DNA from: an uncultured Actinomycetes bacterium
GTDB taxonomy: Bacteria > Actinomycetota > UBA4738 > HRBIN12
Assembly: GCA_963708985.1 (NCBI GenBank)
Contig: CAVPUQ010000009.1
Span: forward strand, 246,362 to 310,361
Direction: 5' to 3'
DNA: 64,000 nt
Of this stretch, positions 21,866 through 32,025 are shown piece after piece. Position numbers and translations under genes: made by a program. Positions within the stretch are counted from its first letter, which is position 1; each line of letters starts with the position of its first letter. Below the pieces are notes generated by a model. It had not been told where the DNA came from and ran no database searches. It saw nothing but the letters and a program-made list of their open reading frames with translations.

Positions 21866-22130
21866 GCAGACCTCCCCTTCATGACGGGACCCGCGCAGGG
21901 TCGGATACGCCTGTCCGAGCAAGTATCGCGCCTGGGCTCGTTGCGAGGCCAATCGACGTTCCGGCCCCCGGGCCTCCGGGGGCTGTACGGAACGTCGCCG
22001 CCGGCCGCGAGGCTGTCCGCGCGGGACGCAGGGCCCAGCCCGGATGTGCCGGTCGGACCCTTGTCCGACGCCCCCGAGGCCGCCTAGCCTTCCGCCAGGA
22101 CGCGGGGCCGAGTCCTGAAAGGGGGCCGAC

Positions 22131-23636
22131 GTGCGCGAGGCATACGACCTGTACATCGACGGAGCCTGGGTGAAGGCGGGGACCGAGGATCGGATCCCAG
22201 TCATCGATCCCTCCACCGGGGATCAGGTGGCGACGACCGCCGCCGCGAGCGCCGCGGACGTGAAGAAGGCCGTGGACGCCGCGAGCGAAGCGTTCCGCGA
22301 CGGCCGCTGGAGCCGCATCCCGCCGGCCGACCGGGCCCGGGTGCTCCTGAAGGTCGCCGACCTCATCGAGGAGCGCCTCATGGAGCTCTCCAGGGTCGAG
22401 TCGATCGACGCGGGCAAGCCGATCAAGCTGACCTCGAACTTCGACGTGCCGTTCGGGGCGGACAACGTCCGCTTCTTCGGCGGCGCCGCCCGCCTGCTCG
22501 AGGGGAAGGCCGCCGGCGAGTACTCCGCCGACCACCTGAGCTACCTCCGTCGGGACCCCCTGGGCGTCATCGCGGCGATCTGCCCGTGGAACTACCCGTT
22601 CCAGATCGAGGTCTGGAAGGTCTTCCCGGCGATGGCAGCCGGCAACACGGTCGTGATGAAGCCGGCCAAGGAGACACCGCTGTCGGCGTTCGAGCTCGCG
22701 GAGCTCTGCGCGGAGGCCGGGCTGCCGCCGGGCGTGCTGAACGTCGTGACCGGGCGCGGCGCCGAGATGGGAACGCCGCTGATCCAGCACCCCGACGTGC
22801 GGATGGTGTGCCTGACCGGCGACACCGAGACCGGCAAGCTCGTCATGAAGTCCGCGGCCGAGGGGGTGAAGCGGCTGCACCTGGAGCTCGGGGGCAAGGC
22901 GCCGTTCATCGTGTTCGACGACGCCGACCTCGAGGCCGCGGTGCGCGGGGCGGTCGCCGGCGCCTACATCAACTGCGGCCAGGACTGCACGGCGGCCACG
23001 CGCGCGTACGTGCAGGAGCCCTTGTACGCGGACTTCGTGTCCGGCGTTGCGGACCTGGCGCGCGAGCTGAACGTCGGGCCGACGCTCGACCCGGCGACCG
23101 ACATGGGACCCCTCATCACGATGTCTCAGCGAGACGGGGTGCACGGCTTCGTCGAGCGCGCGCGCGGCTACGGCGCCAAGATCGTGACCGGCGGCGAGTT
23201 CTCCAGCCGCCCCGGGACCGAGAGCGGCTCCTACTACGAGCCGACCGTCATCACGGACGTCGCCCAGGACTCCGAGGTCGTGCAGCGCGAGATCTTCGGG
23301 CCCGTGCTCGTCGTCCTGCCGTTCCGGGAGGACGAGGACGCCATCACGATGTCCAACGACGTCGTGTACGGCCTGTCGAGCTCGGTCTGGACGCGCGACA
23401 TCTACCGCGCGATGGACGCCTCGCGGCGCTTGCAGTTCGGCAACACGTGGATCAACGAGCACATCCCGATCGTGTCCGAGATGCCGCATGGCGGGGTGAA
23501 GGAGTCCGGCTTCGGCAAGGACATGTCGATGTACGCGATCGAGGAGTTCACGACCGTGCGCCACGTGATGGCCGACATCACCGGCAAGGCCGACAAGTCG
23601 TGGCACGGCGCGGTGATGGGGGGCCTGCAGGAGTAG
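22131..23636 (+). CDS. Gamma-aminobutyraldehyde dehydrogenase-like, copy 2
   Basis: RFFGGAARLLEGKAAGEY, GQDCTA, EMPHGGVKESGFGKDMS. Confidence 0.9.
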   Translation: MREAYDLYIDGAWVKAGTEDRIPVIDPSTGDQVATTAAASAADVKKAVDAASEAFRDGRWSRIPPADRARVLLKVADLIEERLMELSRVESIDAGKPIKLTSNFDVPFGADNVRFFGGAARLLEGKAAGEYSADHLSYLRRDPLGVIAAICPWNYPFQIEVWKVFPAMAAGNTVVMKPAKETPLSAFELAELCAEAGLPPGVLNVVTGRGAEMGTPLIQHPDVRMVCLTGDTETGKLVMKSAAEGVKRLHLELGGKAPFIVFDDADLEAAVRGAVAGAYINCGQDCTAATRAYVQEPLYADFVSGVADLARELNVGPTLDPATDMGPLITMSQRDGVHGFVERARGYGAKIVTGGEFSSRPGTESGSYYEPTVITDVAQDSEVVQREIFGPVLVVLPFREDEDAITMSNDVVYGLSSSVWTRDIYRAMDASRRLQFGNTWINEHIPIVSEMPHGGVKESGFGKDMSMYAIEEFTTVRHVMADITGKADKSWHGAVMGGLQE

Positions 23637-23651
23637 GCGGGCCGGTCCGGC

Positions 23652-25205
23652 TCAGCCGTCGGCCTCGGTCGCGAGGAGCTCGCGTGCTCGCAGCGCGAGC
23701 CAGAACTCCATGCGGTCGAAGCTGGAGGACAGGTCTCGACCGGTGAGCTCCTCCACCTTGCGCATCCGGTAGCGCAGGGTGTGCCGGTGCACGAACAGCT
23801 CGGCCGCCGCGGTCTCCCATCGGGCGTTGTGCTGGAGGAACGCACGGAGGCTCCCCGTGAGCTCGCCCCCCTGCTCCCGGTCGTAGTCATCGAGGGGCTT
23901 CAACATCGCGTCGGCGAAGGCGCGGAGCGCGTCGGGATCGGCCATCGAGAGCAACAGACGGTACGTCCCGAGGTCCTCGAACCCCGCGGCGTCCCAGCCT
24001 TCGAGCCGGCACACCTGGAGCGCGTAGCGTGCCTCGCGCAGGCTCCGGCCGACCTGGTCTGGCTCGGCCGGGCCGCCCGAGCCGAGCCGTACGTCGCCGC
24101 CGATCCGCTCGACGACCGACGCCCGCAACCCGCCGAGCTCGGGGCTCGGCGAAGCCGGAAGGAGCACGTGGATACCCGTCTCGCTCCTCGAGATGAGGTA
24201 GGCGCCGCCGCCCCGGGAGAGCTGGTCCTCGGCGGCGTAGGCGAGATCGTCCGCCGAGCTCCCGTTCCCACCCTCGATCGTGGCCACGACGAGGGGGGCG
24301 CCTTTGTCGAAGCCGAACCGCTGGAGCCCTCGGACCACCTCCTGCGTCGGGAGCGAGCCTCCGGCGAGCGCGTCGAAGAAGTCACCCTGCAGCCGGCGCT
24401 CGGCCTCGGCGACGGCGCGGGACTTCGCGAGCTCGATCGCGAAGAGCGAGAGCGCGTGCCCGGCGACGATGCGATCCATCGGCGTGAGCGCCTCGGGCTT
24501 GCCGACCGCCAGGAACGCCTCGACCCGGCCCTGCGCACCGACCGGCTGGATCCAGATGTGGTGCCCGCGGTCCATGAGCGTGAGGCTGAAGCCCGTGCCT
24601 TCGGGACGCGAGCCGCGGAGCTCCTCCCAGACCCGGGGTGCCCGCTGCCGCGCGGCCGTCGACGTGGCCGCGATCGGCAGGCCGTGCAGGTCCAGGAGCA
24701 ACGCCCACCCGCCGGTCACCTTCGCGAGTGATGCGGCGATGCCCTGGGCGCCGCCGCCCTCCATGACCGCCCGGGTGAGCACGTGCTCGGCGTCCACGGC
24801 GCGCTGGAGCATCTCGTACTGCTCGGCCAGCAGGCGCGTCGAGACCGCCTCCGTGATCGCGATGAACGGCACGGGATACGGGACCTCGAACAGGGGGAAC
24901 CCCGCCTGCTCCGCCGCGGTGACGAGGCCCTTCGGCACCTTGTCGTTGCCGAACCCGAGTCCGAGCCCGAGCCCCGCCAGCCCGGCCTCGGCCAGGCGCT
25001 TGATGTAGGCACGCTGCTTCGCCGGGGTCTCGCCGATCCCTCGACCGGTCGTGAGCAGCAGTTCTCCGCCCTTCAGCCACGGCGTCGGATCCTCGAGCTC
25101 GCTCGCGTGCACCCAGCGCACGGGGCGGTCGACGTTCGCCTCGCCCGCGACGATGCGGAGCGCGAGGCCGGGAACGTCGAGGATGTCCCGGATGGTGAGG
25201 ACCAC
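23652..25205 (-). CDS. PucR/CdaR-family transcriptional regulator
   Basis: VRWVHASE..DPTPWLKGGELLLTTG; C-terminal HTH AAAELFVHRHTLRYR; TACAAT -10 six nt before GTG. Confidence 0.93.
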   Translation of the reverse strand: MVLTIRDILDVPGLALRIVAGEANVDRPVRWVHASELEDPTPWLKGGELLLTTGRGIGETPAKQRAYIKRLAEAGLAGLGLGLGFGNDKVPKGLVTAAEQAGFPLFEVPYPVPFIAITEAVSTRLLAEQYEMLQRAVDAEHVLTRAVMEGGGAQGIAASLAKVTGGWALLLDLHGLPIAATSTAARQRAPRVWEELRGSRPEGTGFSLTLMDRGHHIWIQPVGAQGRVEAFLAVGKPEALTPMDRIVAGHALSLFAIELAKSRAVAEAERRLQGDFFDALAGGSLPTQEVVRGLQRFGFDKGAPLVVATIEGGNGSSADDLAYAAEDQLSRGGGAYLISRSETGIHVLLPASPSPELGGLRASVVERIGGDVRLGSGGPAEPDQVGRSLREARYALQVCRLEGWDAAGFEDLGTYRLLLSMADPDALRAFADAMLKPLDDYDREQGGELTGSLRAFLQHNARWETAAAELFVHRHTLRYRMRKVEELTGRDLSSSFDRMEFWLALRARELLATEADG

Positions 25206-25212
25206 GATCGGA

Positions 25213-25281
25213 TTGTACGGGGCGTACAAACGATGGGCATCCCCCAGGCCCGCCGCGCCATACCATGGACGCGCCGTACAA
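25213..25281. promoter_or_regulatory. Two putative PucR-family operator sites
   Basis: Perfect TTGTACG-N3-CGTACAA (25213-25229) and imperfect ATGGACG-N3-CGTACAA (25265-25281) in the pucR/gabT intergenic region. Confidence 0.65.
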
Positions 25282-25394
25282 AGGGCATCGGCGGGCTTGG
25301 TCCGCCGACCCCCTGACATGGCCGCCCGACCCGGGCGAGACTCTGTGTGGCCGCGCCGCGGCCTGTCGTCGTGTGCGCAAGGAGGAGGACCACG

Positions 25395-26946
<1,552 letters not shown>

Positions 26947-26978
26947 TAGTGCGGCCCCCGTCGCCTACCGTGCCGGGT

Positions 26979-27590
26979 GTGAGACGGCGTCATCGAGCGT
27001 GGCTGGGTATTGCGGCGGTGTTGGTGTTCGTTGGAGGTGCCGCATTGACTGCGGTCATCGGGCGAGCCGACTCCGGCGAGGACTACTACGTGGTTATCCC
27101 AGAGGGGGAACCCTGCCCTCCTGAGACGCCCCCGGCGGTCCCGGTCGTGGTTTGCGCCCCCGTCCCAGACGGCTACACGATCCCGGGACCCCCAGCCGTT
27201 CCGTTTGACGAGCTGGGGGGCTACTTCGTCGTCCATCCGACGATCATCCCCGACGAAGGCGATACCTGCCCCTTGCCGCAGGACCTGGGCGAAAACGTCT
27301 TGGGAGTGCTATGTGGCCCGGCACCCAAGGACTTCTCGCTACCCAGACCTCCCTACTTCGACACTGCGCTGTGCGACGAGGCTCGGATGCAGCTGGACGC
27401 GATGAAAGCCAAGTACGCGGAGACCCACTCCGATCAGGAAGTTGCCGAACTGTTCCCCGACTATCTTCCCGAGACCTGTCAGATCATTGGCACTTCTGCG
27501 GACGGGACAGCCCACACCGTTCACTTCGACCCGATCGATCCGACGCAAGCTGTGCTCAAGGTGGTCGTCCGAGACCAGGAGGCCCAATGA
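26979..27590 (+). CDS. Hypothetical exported/membrane-anchored Pro/Cys-rich protein
   Basis: N-terminal TM WLGIAAVLVFVGGAAL; internal two-copy Cys repeat; stop overlaps next ATG. Confidence 0.65.
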   Translation: MRRRHRAWLGIAAVLVFVGGAALTAVIGRADSGEDYYVVIPEGEPCPPETPPAVPVVVCAPVPDGYTIPGPPAVPFDELGGYFVVHPTIIPDEGDTCPLPQDLGENVLGVLCGPAPKDFSLPRPPYFDTALCDEARMQLDAMKAKYAETHSDQEVAELFPDYLPETCQIIGTSADGTAHTVHFDPIDPTQAVLKVVVRDQEAQ

Positions 27591-28189
27591 GACGCGGAAT
27601 CGTCACCCCCGTCTTGCTAGGCCTCAGCCTAGTTGTTCTCCTGGGCACGGCCGGGGCCGCGGTTCCGACGACTTGCCTTGGCTCGAGCGTGACCATTTCG
27701 GGGACCGACGGCGTGGATGACCCGCTGTTCGGAACGAGCGCGTCCGACGTGATGGCAGCTGGCGCTGGTGATGACGTGATCTATCCGCTCGCGGGCAACG
27801 ACAAGGTGTGCGGCAACGGTGATGACGACACGGTGCTTGCGGAGAACGGAGCCGACGGCGCCGACGGTGGTACTGGCGCTGACTTCATCGTCGGCCAGGC
27901 GGGGAACGACAATCCACTTCGCGGAGGCAGTGGCAGCGATACGGTGGATGGTAGTGCAGGGGCGGATCGTGTTGAGGGTGGCCCCGACAATGACTTCCTC
28001 TTCGGATCCGGCGGCACCGACACTATGCTGGGAAACGAGAACGACGACGCCATCGACGATGGCTACGATCGCGACACGGTCTCGGGCAATGCCGGATTCG
28101 ATACGTGGGGACAATGCAACGACGGCATCCCCAACGAGACCAACAACGGCATCGAGCTTCCCCTCGGGCCATCTGCGAATTACTGCTAG
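27587..28189 (+). CDS. Secreted hemolysin-type (RTX-like) Ca2+-binding repeat protein
   Basis: Signal peptide; repeated GGxGxD nonapeptides (AGAGDD, GGTGAD, GGSGSD, GGPDND, GSGGTD). Confidence 0.85.
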   Translation: MRRGIVTPVLLGLSLVVLLGTAGAAVPTTCLGSSVTISGTDGVDDPLFGTSASDVMAAGAGDDVIYPLAGNDKVCGNGDDDTVLAENGADGADGGTGADFIVGQAGNDNPLRGGSGSDTVDGSAGADRVEGGPDNDFLFGSGGTDTMLGNENDDAIDDGYDRDTVSGNAGFDTWGQCNDGIPNETNNGIELPLGPSANYC

Positions 28190-28286
28190 CCAGCCGCCTG
28201 AGGGATACAGCCACCGGCGTCACGCCGCCTATCGATGGTACTCATGGACCGGGCTACCCAGCCCGTCCTGCCTCCAGACCGCGCCG

Positions 28287-28400
28287 TGAACCGCCTGGGT
28301 ATGACGGAGACTCCGAACCTTGGAAGAGGAGGATCCATGGCCCAGGAGAAGCACCCCTCATCCAGGCGGTACCCGCCTGAAGTGAAGGACCAGCGATCCG
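28287..28400 (+). mobile_element. IS3-family (IS6110-like) left end with the first codons of orfA; truncated remnant
   Basis: TGAACCGCC...GGAGACTCC...TTGGAA followed by ATG 28337 SSRRYPPE, resembling the IS6110 left end and OrfA start as recalled; no orfB or right end seen. Confidence 0.7.
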
Positions 28401-28683
28401 GCTCGTCCTGGCGACGATGCAGCAGCAGCGCGAGTGAAGCCAGTCGGCAGCAAGATCGATGGCCAGATCTCGATGATCGCGGTCGTCGAGATCCCCGATG
28501 TCCCAGACAACTGGTTCCAGCTGAACGTCCGCATCAGAGGCCCAGCTTGGACGAGACGGAGGCCGAGGTGCGTCAGATGCTGCGCACCGTGAACCTCAGC
28601 GCGAACCGATGAACCTCGCTCCTTCCTCGATGGTCTCCGCGTAGCCTCGGGCCGACGGCCGGCGGCTGCTACCGTCGGGTGCC

Positions 28684-29964
28684 GTGAGCGCACCCGAGCC
28701 GCCGAGCGCACCGCCTCGCGACTCGCTGCTGCGGCGCATCGCGGCCGACGTCACGCCGCTCCGCGTCTCGCGTGACTTCCGGGTGATCTGGAGCGGACTC
28801 CTCGTCAGCGAGCTCGGGTACCAGTTCACGCTCGTCGCGACCTACTACCAGGTGACGAAGCTGACGGGCTCGGCCGCCGCGGTCGGGATGATCGGGCTCG
28901 TCGGGTTCCTCGCGCTCGTCGTCGGGGCGCTCGTCGGCGGCTCGATCCTCGACGCGTTCGACCGGCGCACGCTGCTGATCTGGTCGCAGGTCGGGTACAT
29001 GGCCTCGGCGTCGCTGCTGCTTGCGGGGGCGATCCACGGCCACCCGCCGGTCGGGCTCGTGTACGCCGGTGTCGCGATCATCGCGATGGTCTCTGCGGTC
29101 GAGGGGCCGACGCGCTCGGCGATGACCCCCCGGCTCGTCGGCCTCGAGCTCCTGCCCTCGGCGCTCGCGCTCAACCAGGTCATCTGGAACGCCACGGGGC
29201 TCATCGGGCCGGCCTTCGCCGGGGTCGTCATCGCGAAGGCCAACCTATCGTGGGCGTACGGCATCGACCTCGCGACGTACGGCGTGATGCTCGCCGTGGC
29301 GATCTCGGTCCGTCCGATGCCACCCGAGCGCACCGAGGGCGCCTCGAGCGGATGGGCTGCCGTGAAGGAGGGGTTCGGGTACCTGCGCGAACGGCGCGTC
29401 CTGCAGTCGACGTTCGTGATCGACATCGTCGCGATGGTGTTCGGGATGCCGCGAGCGCTCTTCACGATCCTGGCGGTCATGCAGTTCCACGCCGGACCAG
29501 AGGTCGTCGGGCTGCTGTTCGCCGCGCCGGCGGTCGGCGCGCTCCTCGGCGCGCTCACGACCGGATGGGTGAAGCACGTGCGGCGACAGGGCTGGGCCGT
29601 GATCTGGGCGGTGGTCCTGTGGGGCATCGGCATCGCGGCGTTCGGGCTCGTCGGCGATCGGCTGTGGCTCGGTCTCGCGTTCCTCGCGTTCGCGGGGGCG
29701 GCCGACGTGATCTCGGCGGTGTTCCGCTCGACGATCCTGCAGCTCACGGTCCCCGACAACCTGCGCGGACGGATCTCGGGCATCCACATCCTCGTCGTGA
29801 CCGGGGGGCCGAGGCTCGGGGACCTCGAGGCCGGGCTCGTCGCGGCGGCGTTCACGCCGACCGTGTCGGTGGTCTCGGGCGGGCTGCTCTGCATCGCGGG
29901 GGCGGCGCTCGTCGCGTGGCGCGTGCCGGCGTTCCGCCGGTACCGCGCCGGCGACCCCGTCTGA
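28684..29964 (+). CDS. MFS transporter (EntS/DHA3-like)
   Basis: About 12 hydrophobic segments; DAFDRR, MVFGMPRALF, GGPRLGD. Confidence 0.9.
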   Translation: MSAPEPPSAPPRDSLLRRIAADVTPLRVSRDFRVIWSGLLVSELGYQFTLVATYYQVTKLTGSAAAVGMIGLVGFLALVVGALVGGSILDAFDRRTLLIWSQVGYMASASLLLAGAIHGHPPVGLVYAGVAIIAMVSAVEGPTRSAMTPRLVGLELLPSALALNQVIWNATGLIGPAFAGVVIAKANLSWAYGIDLATYGVMLAVAISVRPMPPERTEGASSGWAAVKEGFGYLRERRVLQSTFVIDIVAMVFGMPRALFTILAVMQFHAGPEVVGLLFAAPAVGALLGALTTGWVKHVRRQGWAVIWAVVLWGIGIAAFGLVGDRLWLGLAFLAFAGAADVISAVFRSTILQLTVPDNLRGRISGIHILVVTGGPRLGDLEAGLVAAAFTPTVSVVSGGLLCIAGAALVAWRVPAFRRYRAGDPV

Positions 29965-29977
29965 CTAGGCTTGCGCC

Positions 29978-31686
29978 ATGGCGGCGCCGGTCACGCTCGT
30001 CGAGCTCCGGGTGCTCGAGGGCCCGAACCTGTACTTCCCTCGACCCGCGATCAAGCTCACGCTCGCGGTGCCCGGGTGGCTCGCGCTCCCCGAGGAGCGG
30101 TTCGCCGCGCGAGCGGCCGCGGCCGGCGGCAACGGCGGGCGCTGTGGACGGCCCGGATCCGAGCAGCGGCGCCGAGCGGTCGCCCGGGTCGCGTCGAGCC
30201 TGACCCGGCGGCTCGCCTCGGCCGCCGATGTCCGGCTCGCGGTCCGCGCCCGCCCCGGAGCCCGCGAGGGCGAGATCGTCGTCGCGTACCCCTGGCGACG
30301 GCGTGGCTCGGCCGAGGCGCTCGGCCGCGAGGTCGCGGCCCTCCTCGAGGCGCTCCTCGACGCCCGCCGCTCGCCCGAGCGCGCGATCGCGACCGCGGCG
30401 GCAAGGCTCCGCGAGGTCGCGCCCGGCGACGAGCCGAGCGTGCCCGACCCGACGATCCCGGTGATCCAGGTGACCGGGACGAACGGGAAGACGACGACGG
30501 TTCGGCTCCTCGCGCACCTCGTGCGGAGCGCGGGCAAGCGGGTCGCGTACTCCACGACCGACGGCGTGTACCGCGACGACGGCGTGCTCGTGGAGGAGGG
30601 CGACTACTCGGGGTTCGGGGGCGCCGCGCGGGCGCTCGCGCAGGAGCCCGACGTCGCGGTGCTCGAGACGGCGCGCGGCGGCATCCTGCTCCGCGGGATC
30701 GGCGTGCTGCACAACGACGTCGCGGTCGTCACGAACGTGTCCGAGGACCACCTCGGCCTCCACGGCATCGACACGATCGACCAGCTCGCCGAGGTCAAGG
30801 CATCCGTCACGAGGATCACGCGTCCCGAGGGCTGGGTGGTGCTGAACGCCGACGACCCTCGCGTGCTCGCGATGCGCCGGGGCGCGATCGGGCGGCCGTG
30901 GCTCTGCTCGACCGACCCGGACCACCCGGCCCTCCGCCAGGTCCTCGGCGAGGGCGGCCGCGCGACGACGGTGCTCGACGGGTGGCTCACGGCGCTCGAG
31001 GGTTCGGACGCTCGGCCCCTCGTACGCACGGAGGACGTCCCGGTCACGATCGCCGGCGTCTCGACGCCGAACGTGCGGAACGCGCTCGGCGCGGCCTCGG
31101 CCGCGCTCGCGATCGGCCTGCCCGAGCGCGCGATCGTCCGAGGGCTGAAGACGTTCGTGCTCGACGAGGAGCGCAACCCCGGCCGCGCGAACCTGTACGA
31201 GCTCGAGGGCCGGATCGTCGTGATCGACTACGCCCACAACGAGGCCGGGATGGAGGGACTCGTCGAGATCTGTCACGGCTTGCGCCGCAACGATCGCGAG
31301 GTCTGGCTCGCGATCTGTGCCGCCGGCGACCGCACCGACGACGATCCTGCACGCGCTTCGCGTACCGAGCGGCGCGCGGCGCCGACCACCGTCGCGATCG
31401 CCGAGCTCCTCCCCTACCTGCGGGGGCGCGAGCGCCGCGGACGTGGTCGCACGTCTCCGCGCCGGCGCGCTCGACGGCGGGGTCGAGGAGCTCGACGTCT
31501 TCCCCGACGAGCTCGCGGCGCTGAAGCACATGCTCGGTCTCGCCCGCCGCGGCGACGTCGTCGCGGTGACGGCGCTCGGCATGCGGCCCGAGATCTTCGC
31601 GTGGCTCGAGCGCGCCGGCGCCGCCCGACTCACGCCCGCGCGGGTGAGACGCCTCGTTCGCATGGCGCGGCCCGAAGGCGTTGTAG
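29978..31686 (+). CDS. Cyanophycin-synthetase-like Mur ligase lacking the ATP-grasp domain (indels after about 31340; 3' end approximate)
   Basis: N-terminal LRVLEGPNLY like the CphA N domain, then VTGTNGKTTT, ETARGGILLRG, DHLGLHGIDT..QLAEVK, NADDP, PGR, DYAHN, GDR. Confidence 0.8.
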
Positions 31687-31688
31687 CC

Positions 31689-32019
31689 TCACCGACGCTC
31701 GGCGTCGCGCACGCACAGGACCGCCCACGGGATCGCGTCGAGGCGCTCGGGCGGCGATCGGGTCGCCGCAGACGTCGCACATGCCGTACGTGCCCTCGTC
31801 GAGCTTCTCGAGGGCGCGGCTCACGTCGCGGAGCTTCGCGTCGAGCTTCTTCGCGGCGTCGACCTGCGTGATGCGCTCGATCGCCTGGTTCGTGCCCTCG
31901 CCGACGCGCTTGCCGAACGACACCGCGCCCATCGGGTCGCGGGGCGCGGCGGTCAGCTCGGCGAGCTCGGCCTCGAGGGCGTCGCGCGTGCGTTCGAGCA
32001 GCGCGCGCCGGAGGTCCAT
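31689..32019 (-). CDS. DksA/TraR-family zinc-finger protein (indel near 31755)
   Basis: Coiled coil then ALEKLDEGTYGMCDVCGDPI..ERLDAIPWAVLCVRD; starts 6 nt after the cphA stop. Confidence 0.85.
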
Positions 32020-32025
32020 CGGCCA

